A stretch of 63,655 bases of DNA, the filler included, from Pirum gemmata (lineage: Eukaryota), in NCBI GenBank assembly GCA_002812295.1. It is 18 parts of 18 records of this genome, joined end to end, with 100 filler letters (N's around TTAATTAATTAA, not from the genome) between each part and the next. Parts side by side here need not be neighbours in the genome. Positions count along the whole stretch, not along the records: positions 48,171 to 51,328 come from PDIN01003312.1; positions 51,429 to 57,147 come from PDIN01003313.1; positions 57,248 to 60,425 come from PDIN01003314.1; positions 60,526 to 63,655 come from PDIN01003315.1; 14 more parts are not named here. The stretch is one strand, 5' to 3'. Each line of letters opens with the position of its first letter. The stretch's first letter is position 1. A model generated the notes under the pieces. That model did no database searches. It was not told the origin of the DNA and saw nothing but the letters and a program-made list of their open reading frames with translations. The position numbers and the translations under genes were made by a program. Positions 49,322 to 61,826 of the stretch are shown here, one piece after another.

Positions 49322-49495
49322 AAGTTTCTTTGCGAGCTACATCCGACAGAGATTACTATGGGGTGCTGCAAAACGGTATAGCGGACGTGAGTGCGATTAT
49401 ACTACACAAGATCTCCTTGCCACAATACCTGTTGCTTTATTAGAGAAAGTGTGACTCAAACAGAGTTGCAGAGTTCTTTGAAGATGCAGAAACCT
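49322..49495 (+). pseudogene. Tc1/IS630-like DDE transposase C-terminal fragment
   Basis: KFLCELHPTE / LWGAAKRYSGRECDYTTQDLLATIPVAL resembles PKFHCELNPIExxWGxxKRYxRxxCDY; frameshifted. Confidence 0.72.
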
Positions 49496-49665
49496 AGTTT
49501 ATCTTTATGAAAAAAAGTTAGGCTATAATATTTCACTTTATGCTCATAAGTCCTAGTAGCTAGTAGGACTAAAGTATCGATGTCGATTTATTTTTTAAAA
49601 AAGCTAGCCAGACTATCATAGTAGCTACGATAGCTCTAATTAAAAAAATCCTGTTTTCAGGAGGA

Positions 49666-50590
49666 TAAAGTTACAGTAACTGTTGTATAATTGATTATAT
49701 TTCTAATTTGTTGATTTGCTTCATAATACTTTGGTATAGGTTAATAATTTGATTGTCGTTTAGTTTTGACTTGTTGTACTTTTCATAATAGTACCATAAT
49801 ATATAATTTATGATTAGCAATTGTGTTGTTTTTTGTTGTAGAAGTAATATTGTTTTTTTACTTTTGTTCCAAATATTATAGCGTTATAGTCGATGTTATG
49901 GATGTTGTTGCAGTTGTCGTCTATATATTGGGATTTATACTTTTAAAAGTTTTTTAAAAAGTGTGATAGCCATTCTATTCTAGTTTTGCAAGTTTGTCTG
50001 TGTTCAAAATTTTTTGGTTTGTCTTCTGGTGGAAATTCTTTGGAGCAGTATTGATATAAGAAAAGTTGTTTTTTCGATGTCCATTGTCTTGTTGGTTTTC
50101 TTTGGGTTTGAAATTTTAATATCCGTATTATGTGATTTTTTTAAATTTTTGGTAGTTTTTTTATATTGGTTCTTCTGTTTAAAATTTGTGATTATTTTTT
50201 CCCATTCTTTTTGTTCTATATATGCATTCCAAAGATTACTGAGGTTGTTTACATTAAAAAAGTTTTTGTTTTGAGGTTTTCTTCTATGTTCCTTATACTA
50301 TTAATATTGTTTGTCATGATTAATTGTAGGTGTTACTAGTGGTTTGGGTTGTGAGCATATTTCTATTATAGTCTAGTTGTTGCTTTTTCTTTTTTTGGTA
50401 TTTCATTGTATTTAATTTTTTTTTTTTTTTATCAAAGAATTCGTAGTTTAGTTTGTTGTTGATGATATTTCAAATTTGATAGTTGTATGCTAATTTTAGG
50501 ATTAGTTCTGTGTTGTTTTGTATTGGGGTCATGTTTTGTAGGGTGTTGATGGTGTGTATTGGGGTCATGTTTTGTAGGGTGTTGATGGTG
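49666..50590 (-). mobile_element. Second copy of the probable LINE 3' remnant
   Basis: Colinear with 4447-5265. Confidence 0.5.
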
Positions 50591-50843
50591 TGAGTTGGGT
50601 TAGGTTATATGGTATCATCCGTTAAATAGTAAAAAAAAAATGACGTTTTTTCTAAAAATATATGACGTCAATTATGACGCAAGCATGACGTACAAAAACT
50701 TAAATNNNNNNNNNNNNNNNNNNNNNNNNCCCCCCCCCCCCGTCTACAAGGGGTAGAATCGATATGATCTAGAGCTACACTAGCTAGACTAGAATGTAGG
50801 GCTACCGGAGTGCTACCGGCTGGGGCTTCTAGAGCTGTCTAAA

Positions 50844-50963
50844 GTCACGTCAAGGGGTAGGTAGGTAGGTAGTATTTGACCAGAAATTAACGTCGAGGGG
50901 TAGGTAGGTAGGGGTATTTGAAGCTGTATTTGACCGAAAGTTGGCGTTACATAGTACTTGAAC
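50844..50963 (-). mobile_element. MITE family C copy, reverse orientation
   Basis: GTCACGTCAAGGGGTAGGTAGG...GGCGTTAC. Confidence 0.75.
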
Positions 50964-51217
50964 CCTACTAGCTAGCTAGCTAGACTCAGAAAATATGTTT
51001 AGGAGCACTAGATAAAAGTTTCCATTTTTTTTAATATTTTCTTTAAAACGGTCAGGACCACAATAAGTTCTAGACATATTACTTATCTAGGATTAAAATA
51101 TTTAATAGCTTCCAACATTACCTCATACCCTATTTATACAACAGTAATATCTAGAGCTCCTTGAAATGTGTTTTCAACTTTTTCTTCTTTTTCTTCTTCT
51201 AGTTTTCATTTTTTTTT

Positions 51218-51249
<32 letters not shown>

Positions 51250-51545
51250 TTTTTTTTTGTTCTTTCATTTGGCTTTTATTATTGTTCTTGTTGTTTCTAG
51301 TCTATTGTCATTATTATTATTATTATTANNNNNNNNNNNNNNNNNNNNNNNNNNNNNNNNNNNNNNNNNNNNTTAATTAATTAANNNNNNNNNNNNNNNN
51401 NNNNNNNNNNNNNNNNNNNNNNNNNNNNTAATATAATAATAATAATAATAATATTAATATAATAATAATATATTATATAATAGTACCATATTCAGTTCGA
51501 AGTGAATATTAAAATTTTATAAACCAAAAAAAAGTGTCTACAATT

Positions 51546-51941
51546 TTAGAAATATGTTCTCCATTTAGGGTAAGTTTTTTGCGGTACAGTTTGATAATAA
51601 GTTCTTGGAGTAATAATATTCCATTCTTTATCTTTAGTATTCGAAAAGCATTTAGTAAAATCCTCTACAGCCTTTTCACTACCTGTAATATTGAGTAAGT
51701 TATAATCTCCAGTTTCCAAAGCAGCAATCAAATCAACCCTAGTGTGTGCTGTTATTGTGGCGTTGACATCATTTGGAATAGAAGCTACTGACTCATCGAT
51801 CATCACTGTGTTAGAAAGATAAATATGCCAATTCTCTGGTGGGTTTTTTGGATTAATACCATCTATTACTAATCCCAATCCTAATACAGGATAATTAATA
51901 GATACTGTAGGATCAATTTTTGTGGCTAACTTTTGCAACAT
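51546..51941 (-). CDS. Alkyl-sulfatase C-terminal (SCP2-like) domain, isolated fragment or terminal exon
   Basis: LATKIDP..ENWHIYLSNTVM..NATIT..ITGS..WNIITP resembles the SdsA1-type C-terminus ending FNIVTP. Confidence 0.62.
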   Translation of the reverse strand: MLQKLATKIDPTVSINYPVLGLGLVIDGINPKNPPENWHIYLSNTVMIDESVASIPNDVNATITAHTRVDLIAALETGDYNLLNITGSEKAVEDFTKCFSNTKDKEWNIITPRTYYQTVPQKTYPKWRTYF

Positions 51942-52072
51942 GATTGTGCAATATCTTGATTAACCCTGAAGCTTAATTAATAGCTTGTAATTGGCATAAT
52001 ATTATTAATATTGTGTTTGGCAATCTTCCTGAATTGAATTTTGTTCTATAAATTCGTTCCCGAAGCTTCTGA

Positions 52073-52768
52073 TTAATAACCTCCTGCTGCCTGGTATTCT
52101 TGATCTTGATATTCTTCAGAAAACTGGTATTCTTGATCTTGAAATTCTTCAGAAAACTGGTATTCTTGATCTTGAAATTCTTCAGAAAACTGGTATTCTT
52201 GACCTTGTTCTTGTTGCCCTTCTCCTCCTTGGTGTTGATCTTGATATTCTCCTCCTTGTTGCTGTTGTTGTTGTCCTTCTCCTCCTTGTTGCTGTTGTTG
52301 TTGTCCTTCTCCTCCTTGTTGTTGTTGTTGTTGTTGTAGACAAGGATTTGTATTGCTTTGTATTTGATTTTCAATGAACCGAGCTACCATTCTCTTTCCA
52401 TTGACTACTACCCACACCACAGCACATGACGCGACTGCAAAAGCCAAACCCTCCAGGCCAATTTGTTGCCCTGGGGTAAAGCTTCTTTCCACGGGTTCAA
52501 TACCATGAGGAACTGCCCCCGTTAGACGATTTTGGGTGTTACCAGCAGGAAGATACGCCGAGCACCAAATTGCGTAATTATACCTCATGTCAGGAATTGG
52601 TTTACAATTTTCAAAGGTAACGTCAGGATAGCATTTCGCTCGGCTCCCAGCATTTAAATTGCGTTTAAACACACAACCCGGACAAACGCCATATTGGCCG
52701 TCACCTAACTTTTCCGTTAAACAGTCTTTGAAATTTATAGTTGTCATGTTAGATAGCCAAAGTAACAA
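52073..52768 (-). CDS. Single-pass membrane protein: Cys-rich ectodomain, TM helix, Gln-rich and QDQEYQFSEE-repeat tail; start uncertain
   Basis: 231-aa ORF, hydrophobic GLAFAVASCAVVWVVV, 30-bp tandem repeats. Confidence 0.7.
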   Translation of the reverse strand: MLLWLSNMTTINFKDCLTEKLGDGQYGVCPGCVFKRNLNAGSRAKCYPDVTFENCKPIPDMRYNYAIWCSAYLPAGNTQNRLTGAVPHGIEPVERSFTPGQQIGLEGLAFAVASCAVVWVVVNGKRMVARFIENQIQSNTNPCLQQQQQQQGGEGQQQQQQGGEGQQQQQQGGEYQDQHQGGEGQQEQGQEYQFSEEFQDQEYQFSEEFQDQEYQFSEEYQDQEYQAAGGY

Positions 52769-53343
52769 GGCGAAAGAAAAATATTAAAATTATAGGATTA
52801 TTTATGATTAATTTTTTTATTGAATTATATAAGTTTTTATTTTTACTTTTAATTTTAACAAAACTCTTTTAGTATAGTATGTTTTTTTTTGTTTTTTTTT
52901 TTGTGCTCCTATGTTTGCTTTTATATACGTTTGATGAGTCATATTTGAATATAACTGCATTCTCATTATAATATAAATTCTATTTTGTATCGGACTACTA
53001 ATTTGTATGATATATCAAATTAACATAATATTTATGGTGTTTTTCAATAGTGCGCTACCAGTTAAGTATTCGAGTATATTTATTTATTTATAAAACCGAA
53101 AAAATGGAAAAATAATTTTCGAACAGGGTTGAATTTTGGCTTTTTTTTCGACAGCAGAAATTCGAGTTTTCGGGCTCGAGTAGAATTGGGAGAGGCTTAC
53201 CGTGTCACCACTCATAGACCGACTCATAAATAGACCTATCCCGAGCTAGAGTAGGTTTACAACTTCACAACGTTCACAAACTTTATAATGTTTACTATAA
53301 AATAGATCCAGAAATGTTTATAAAAATTTTAAAACTACTTATA

Positions 53344-53374
<31 letters not shown>

Positions 53375-53481
53375 TCATTATTAAAAGTCCCGTCTTATCA
53401 ATAATTATTATACAATTGAACGGTACCAAGATAAAAAGGACTACTGTAATGAAATAGACGATTACTTCTATCAGATATAGA

Positions 53482-53519
<38 letters not shown>

Positions 53520-53552
53520 TTTTTTTTTTTTTTTTTTTATTTTTTTTTTTTN

Positions 53553-53605
<53 letters not shown>

Positions 53606-53813
53606 AGATAGTAGTAGGAAAACACGTCGAAACAAAAGAGGTGCGTAAAAGTCGGACGTTTCCAATCCGATAACCCGATAACCATACATCCTTCTTCATA
53701 AATAAATTCCATTGGTGGATCCAATTAAAGCGTGTGTGAGAGCACTGAGAGGCATTTGGGGTTTTTTTTGCGCAAAATGCGGCCGGCCCGGGCCGTCGCC
53801 CAATGCTTCAATA

Positions 53814-53996
53814 TCGTGTTTTTCAGTTCAAAAACTGAAATAAGCTTACCAAATTATAATTAATTGGTCATGTTTTAATTAATTTGATATTATATATAGT
53901 AATTTTATATTTATAAAAAAGTTCAATTATAAAATTGAACGGTACCAAATTAAAGATAGAAAGGACAACTGTAATGAAATAGACGTTAATAGACGA
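53814..53996 (+). mobile_element. MITE family B copy
   Basis: TA-TCGTGTTTTTC...AGACGA-TA. Confidence 0.7.
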
Positions 53997-56006
53997 TACT
54001 TCTATCAGATATAGATAATTTAAATTTTAATTTAGTAGTAGGAATATTATACTAGGAAAACATGCGGAAACAAAAGAGGTGCGTAAAAGTCGGACAAAAA
54101 GAGGAGCGTAAAGTGCGCGTAACCACTACCGGTATCTAAAAAAAATCCAGTTTATCAATTTCCTCTTTTGGTCACTTTTTGGTCTATGATTTTTTCCTGT
54201 CTACAGTCTACTAGCTAGCTAGTCTAAGCTAGCCTACTAGCTGGTTTAAAAAAAAATGATAATTTTCCAAAGATGATGATGATGATGATGATGAAGGCAT
54301 AGAGGAGTATAAATGACAGATTTAACCGGATTTTCTTACTTAAATTTCATTTTATAGGGATTACGCACCTCTTTTGTTTTTCACAGTAGTTAGTAGTAGT
54401 ATCACGATAGTAGTAGTAGTAGTAGTAGCAGTAGCAGTAGTAGTATTAGTAGCAGTAGTAGTAGTAGTAGCAGTATGACAATATTATATTATATATAACA
54501 ATAACAATAATGTTAATTAAATAACAATATATTAATAATATTAATAATAATAATAATAATACAGAAGCTATAGATGAAATGAATAATACTAATGATACTA
54601 TAAAAAATAAGCNNNNNNNNNNNNNNNNNNNNNNNNNNNNNNNNNNNNNNNNNNNNNNNNNNTTTTTTTTAGCCTTATTATTATTATTATTTTTGGTTTT
54701 TGGTTTTTTGGTTTTTGGTTTTTGGTTTTTGGTGTTTGGTTTTTGGTTTTTGGTTTTTGGTATTGGTGTTGGTTTTATTTTTTCCGTCAGCTGATTAGTC
54801 AATTCGTGATATTTGACTTTAGAAAAATACAAGTAAATACAGCAGTAGAATTTGAGTAGTAGTCATACTAGTCAATAGACTATCATACAGAAAATAATAG
54901 AAATGATAGGATACTATAGGATTATGATCAGGGATTATGTGTGTATTTTTTGTTTACATTACGTAAATGGTTTTACTGGTTTGCTGGTAGACTGTTCTGT
55001 TGTTGGTTGGCTCCACTCAGAGTCTCAGACTCAGAGTGTCAGAGACACAGGCCCGTCACAGGGTCCCCTGATTTCCACTTCCCAAGCTTTTTTTCTTCTC
55101 TGCAATTGGTTTATTGTGGATAGCTACAAGGAGTTGAAAATGACCTAGTCAAATGGCCAAAGTAATATTGTGATTTTCTATGATAATTGGTTATATTATG
55201 CATAATCTATAAAAGATAAACTAAACATATGAGGTTTACGAAAAGGCAAAGTGATATGTCAATTGTTAATGTCGTTCTTATTTGAAAATTACTACTATAT
55301 TTAACGAGAATGTGCACCACAAAGATTTAAATGAGCTAATATTATCACTCACACAACCATGTTTAGCAAATTTTATTATATTTAGGTTTGCTGTGAGAGA
55401 CTTTTTTATTTGTAGATAAACATGAAATTACATAAGCAACTCAACCCCATTGTGTCGATATCCAATAAGAAACTGAGAGTGAGGGTCCCCGATTTCCTTA
55501 GCCTTATTTCCCTAATAACTAGCTCAGCTAGGTGACCTAGCTAGTAGCTAGGTCACCACAGTTTCACCACTCATGTCACCACCACAGCGGCGCTACTCAC
55601 TCTTAGCCTAAAGGTCAACTCTAAGTGGCAGAAAGTGGACTGTTTCTCAACTTTCTCTTTTGGAGCAAATTGTGGACAAAAAAGCTAGTCTACTAGAACA
55701 TTATAGTATCCATATGAGTGTATAGACTAAGTTAAAAGATAATATGCATAACGGGAGGGGTTCAAAAGTTTGAATATTTATTTATAAATAAATTAGAAAT
55801 TAGATTATTAGAGTGATGTTATAGTACCTCCAATATTTATAATAAATTAATAATATTACATATATAAAAGAGTTAAACATTCCAGTAAATATTGGAACAA
55901 TGGAAATAAGTCCCGATCATGCTTGGTTGGTCTTTATGTTAGATATATCGATGTATCTATAGCTATTTATATAAATATATAAATGTTGGTCTAAACCTGG
56001 GGAAAA

Positions 56007-56183
56007 GGAATCATCCATAAAGGACGTCACCTAATCTAACCTATGCCTCTTTTTCCAAAACAATTTTGGTCATAATTTTAAAGTTCATTTTAATAATTAA
56101 TTACTGCCTAAAACAGTTTAAGTCACGCTTTCGAGCAATGACTTCTATCAAAGAATAAAGTGACGTCCTTTATAAATGTTCCC
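56007..56183 (+). mobile_element. MITE family E copy
   Basis: Colinear with 31728-31916. Confidence 0.72.
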
Positions 56184-57274
56184 AAACCACTACGCTATAC
56201 TCAGTAAAAAGAAAAAATTCCCAAGCCATTTTAGTCATTTTTATTGGGTAAAAATACTTAACAAATATCATTTTTCTTCAAATCAGAAACAAGTAAAAGT
56301 GTCTACTAGCATTGTCCGAGTACTGCCCACTGCCCAGTGCCCACTGCCCACTAGTCAAAAGTAGGTATTTTGGTAGTCAGAAATATTTTGGTAGTTAGTA
56401 AATATTTTGGTAGTGAATGAATATGTTACTACACTTTAAAATTATGTTATACTATCAATACATAGACTAGTCTATTTGGTGTTTTTCACCTCACTCGCTT
56501 TTATAATTCTATCATAGTCTTTAGTAGTCTTTTATGCCTTTCTGTGGTGTCGTCAAAATGACAATATGTTCACGTCAGCTAATTAACATAATAATAACAA
56601 AAGACTGTACGTCTTATAAATAACAAGCTCTTTTGTCGTCTAAAATAAATAATAAATAGTATCAAATTAATACAATATAAATCCATTTAATTTAATTTGG
56701 CATATTTTATTATATATTTATTGATTTAAAAATGTCAATTTAAATATTATAACCATCCAAATAAATATTAGAGTGGCAAAATAAATGAAAAGCACGATAA
56801 TATAACAATATAATGGAATATTACATAAAGCAATATTTATAGAATACTATGCATATAGTATATAACAAATCTTTTCCAACGTTAACCTATTTTCCGTCTT
56901 TATAACTCTACTAGTTGGTGTTTACTATGAATCTACTTATGAATCTATGATATGATTGATATCATTCTCAATCTAAACTCCTAAAGTCGGTGCATGACTG
57001 TTTTGTGTACTTTTGGTGTAGACTATTATCTATTATAATTTTGATTATGATAAAGATTTTAATATTATGTTTAAATTTATGATTATGAATATTATTACAT
57101 TTTTTGATTATGATCATGATTATGATTATGATTATTATTATTATTATNNNNNNNNNNNNNNNNNNNNNNNNNNNNNNNNNNNNNNNNNNNNTTAATTAAT
57201 TAANNNNNNNNNNNNNNNNNNNNNNNNNNNNNNNNNNNNNNNNNNNNCGTCTTCAACATCATCGTCATCGTCAA

Positions 57275-57305
<31 letters not shown>

Positions 57306-57755
57306 ATCCCATCCAACATAGTAGTACTATTGATACTAACTACCGCTTAGTGTAGTTTTCAACTAGGTTTCCAATACATAATAATTACTTATTAAAAATA
57401 TTTCCTTTTTTCTTGTTATAACATAATTCATTTTATGCTAAAATACCAGCTGCAGTACCAGTATCAAACGTATTTATTGAAACAATAACTATCAATGCTA
57501 ATTATAAGCGGCTATTATTGTAATTCTTGCAAACTAGGGCAGACGCTGTTAGCATAATATTTATATTATATAAGATAATGATAACAATATATAAACACTT
57601 AATTAATGGGATAAAGTGTCTATATAACTTCAGCTTATGTTAAAATTATGCAAATAAACAATTGGCTTTTGACGGTTATTAATAGTTATGGTATTTATGT
57701 ATACCCTATTTGCAATTTTTCATGGTAGTAAAGAAAATTGTTGCTGTATTATAAA

Positions 57756-57941
57756 TCGTGCTTTTCAGTTTGTTTTGTCATCATAAAATATACAATAAAG
57801 AGTACCAAATTAATAATATATAAATCCATTTCATTTAATTTGGTATATTATATTATCTATTTATTTATTTAAAAATGTCAACTTAAATATTATCACCAAC
57901 CAAATAAATATTCAGAGTGACAAAATAAATGAAAAGCACAA
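57756..57941 (+). mobile_element. MITE family A copy
   Basis: Matches consensus. Confidence 0.82.
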
Positions 57942-58126
57942 TAATAGTACTATCTGCTGGATATTATAGTTATATTAATAATATACAACTGATATTGATA
58001 TAATTACTTTTTTAAAAAATGTGCATCGACAAATACTTGGGCTTCTTCAGCTTGTTCTTCAGCTAAGATTTGGTTAGTATTTGGTTACTGAGTTGTCAAA
58101 ATTTGAGTGGGGGATCGACTATACCA

Positions 58127-58160
<34 letters not shown>

Positions 58161-58210
58161 ATTTTTTTTTTTTTTTTTTTATTTTTTTTTATTTTGTNAT
58201 AGTAGACCCC

Positions 58211-58436
58211 GGGGTGAGATATCTACTGGAACTTTTTTTCGAACAGATGCTTATCGAGCCAACGTTAGTTCCGTGTTCTTTACTAATAATAGCAGATAAA
58301 TAGCTTAAAATAGTAAATAAAATTATAGTAGATACCAATTAAAGTAAAAATATTAACATTAATAGCAACAAACCATAAAAATCGGAAAAGTTCCGACAGA
58401 TGTTCAGTAATAATAAAATGACGTCATCTCACCTCT
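58211..58436 (+). mobile_element. MITE family D copy
   Basis: GGGGTGAGAT ... ATCTCACCTCT. Confidence 0.76.
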
Positions 58437-58966
58437 ACTCTTTTTATATATAAATCACTACAATTTTCAAAGCCCAAAGACTCTGGAGTCTTTGAGTCTT
58501 TGACCATTTAGAATGTGATATATTTTTATCATTATACTATATTTACACTAGTAGATATTTACAGTCTAATGCGGAAGTTCCGCAAAATTGCGTAACAAAG
58601 AAAAAAAAAAAAAGGATCACTCACTGATATCACTCGTTCACTACTCGTTCGCTCTTTATTCCGAGTATTAGTCTGTTATAGTAGTATCAGAGCTTTTTAT
58701 AATATCATAATCAATATTTAAAATAATATTCAACAGCATTTATTATGATATCATATAACTAAATAACCATGATGGTTGTACTATTGTATATTTTTAGAGT
58801 CTTTGTAGACTGGGTCAGTTGGTTTATTTATTAATAAATAATAATAATTTCTTGTCATTATTAGCCTAATTTGAATTTATTAATAAATACGATTGATCGA
58901 AAGATATCGAACTAAGTTTGTATAATGTTCCCCGTTCGGACTATGAATACATTTATTTTTATAATA

Positions 58967-59150
58967 TAGTGCTTTTCAGTTATTTTGTCATCATAAAATA
59001 TACAATAAATAGTACCAAATTAATATAATATAATCCATTTAATTTAATTTGGTATATTTTATTATCTATTTTTTCATTTAAAAATGTCAATGTAAATATT
59101 ATAACCAACCAAATAAATATTCGGAGTGACAAAATAAATGAAAAGCACGA
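58967..59150 (+). mobile_element. MITE family A, representative 184-bp full-length copy
   Basis: TA-TAGTGCTTTTCA...TGAAAAGCACGA-TA. Confidence 0.87.
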
Positions 59151-60027
59151 TAATAGACATTATAATAATAATATCAGTATTGATATAATAATATCTTGAA
59201 ATAACAAAAAGTTCACAAAAGAATTTTTTCGCAGCCCACGTGGCCAGGGCGGATTTTTTGAGAGAAATTTATGAGTAATGATGAGACTAACAACTAGACT
59301 AACTACTCTTTGCACAGCTATACATCAATCACACAATTTTTTTTTTTTTTTTTAACCATCATACCAAGCCGGATAAAACGGTGACATCCGCCGTATGAGC
59401 TCAAAAATCCAAAATGCACCAATTTTAATATAAGTACTACCAAATTATAAGAATAATATAAATAAGAAAATTCTATTATGAACCAATTATCAGTTTTTAA
59501 ACATAATGTGGCTAGGTAAAAAGAAAAGAAGTCTAAAAAAAAAATTCTACAGAGCGGCTTGACTGTTAGTCTATAAATTAAAAAAAAAAGTATATAAAAA
59601 ACACCTCCACTGGTAGCTAGCTAGTGCTAGCTAGCTAGTGCTAGTAAAACCATTAAAATTTTTTTAATTGCCATTATGAGCTCAAAAAACCAATTTTAAT
59701 CAAAGTACTACCAAATGTTGAAAACATTTATAAGTAAAAAAACTCTATAATGAGCCAATAGCTAGTTTTTAAAAATAATTTGGATAGTTATAATTAAATG
59801 TTTGTAGAAAAGAAGTCTAAAAAAATGATTTCTAGACTAGTTTCTAGACTACAGTTTTATAGCTAGTTTTATCCAAAAAAGTTCTTTAGCTCGAGCAGCT
59901 ACAAGCTAGCTAGCTACCTAGATAGACTACTACTAGACGTTTTTTTTATCAGATATGATATCATAATATTATTATCATAATTATGATATGATATTATTAT
60001 AAATTAGCTTTATAATAAATAACATTA

Positions 60028-60191
60028 CAGTGCTTTTCAGTTGTTTTGTCATCATAAAGTATACAATAAATAGTACCCATTTAATTTAATTTGGTAAATT
60101 TTATTATCTTGTATTGATTTAAAAATGGTAATTTAAAGATTATAACCCTCCAAATAAACATTCAGAGTGACAACATAAATGAAAATCACGA
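60028..60191 (+). mobile_element. MITE family A copy beginning TA-CAGTG
   Basis: CAGTG is the classic Tc1-type terminus. Confidence 0.8.
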
Positions 60192-60834
60192 TACATTAAT
60201 CACGATAATAAGACCATTGGATTGAGTAATAGTATCGATAGTGATAGAGTATGATAATACTTTACGATGCAATAAAATAATATATTTCAATTTCTGTTGA
60301 CATTTATATTTGTATATATTTATTGTATAGGACCAAATGAATTATGAAGGTGTATTTATTAAGAACAATAATAATAATAATAATAGTAATAATAATAATA
60401 TATAATAATATAATAATAATAATAANNNNNNNNNNNNNNNNNNNNNNNNNNNNNNNNNNNNNNNNNNNNTTAATTAATTAANNNNNNNNNNNNNNNNNNN
60501 NNNNNNNNNNNNNNNNNNNNNNNNNATGGATTTATATTGTATTAATTTGGTACCATTTATTGTGTACAAAATAACTGAAAAGCACGATATTATTATTATT
60601 TATTATTATTATATTGTGTATCTTCTAAAAGTAAAAAAACAAAAAACGCCCTACTTTCGGGTTTCACTACTAGAATTTATAGTTTTCGAACATGATAATA
60701 ATAATATATATTGAATAGGTTTGATATTTTCAAACGTAAATTTAATTTGTAAAAAAAGTAAGACGTTTTTAAATGGTCTGTATCGTATCGTAGAAATCTG
60801 TATGGCATACTGAGGTTTTGTTCTGCTGTGCTTC

Positions 60835-61076
60835 AACTTTAACTTTTACTTTAACTTTAACTTTAACATTCTTTAACTTTAACTTTAACTTTTAACTTTA
60901 ACTTTAACTTTAACTTTAACTTTAACTTTAACTTTAACTTTAACTTTAACTTTATATTAAACTTTAAAAACTTAAACTTTAATTAAAACTTTAAAACTTT
61001 AACTTTAAATTCAACCTTTAATTAACTTTAAAACCTTTAACTTTTAACTGTTAACTTTAACTTTAACTTTAACTTA
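60835..61076. repeat. (TTTAAC)n microsatellite
   Basis: Visible hexamer array. Confidence 0.92.
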
Positions 61077-61712
61077 AAACCACTCCAGATGATTGTTTTA
61101 TATTAATTAAACAAATCAACCCTACGACTCTTTTTGTAAATACAGTAAAGCAGATCCTCATATGCAAGATTACTTCACTTAAAATTAAAACACAAGTCTA
61201 CCCAAAACAAGTATTAATACTGACGTAGAACCAATATATCTTAATTGTTACATTCGACAATCTATGAAGCCAATCCTCTTGATTGCTCCATCTAGAAATT
61301 AAACACAAGTCACCCAAGACAATTACTGCATGCTGTAAACTGCAAACCCTAAACTGCTAACTCTAAATTCTAAATTCTTAAATTATTAATTAAACTCTTA
61401 ATTAATTAAACTATTAACTTTTTATTAATTTTTAATCAATAAAACTAATATTAATATACCACAAATAATAATTTATAAAATAGCTACTATTAATATTAAT
61501 ACTACATACTACAACTACTATAACAACTATAATAGCTACTACAGCTACTACAGCTACTACTACTACTACTACTAATATTATTATTATTATGAATTACTAC
61601 AATTATCGCTACTACTAATGGTACTACTGGCACTACTACTACTACCACTACTGCTACTACGCACTATTATATCAAATACGTATAAAATATAGCTAGTATT
61701 AATACACCTACT

Positions 61713-61826
61713 ATAGTGCTTTTCATTTATTTTGTCACTCCGAATATTTATTTGGTTGTTTATAATATTTAAACTGATACTTTTAAATAGATAAATATAT
61801 GATGACAAAACAACTGAAAAGCACTA
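61713..61826 (-). mobile_element. MITE family A copy with internal deletion
   Basis: Both TIRs retained, TA flanks. Confidence 0.8.

Noticed and set aside
51973..52374. 133-aa K/N-rich ORF and its antisense partner
   Set aside because: Alternative frames of the membrane protein's repeats
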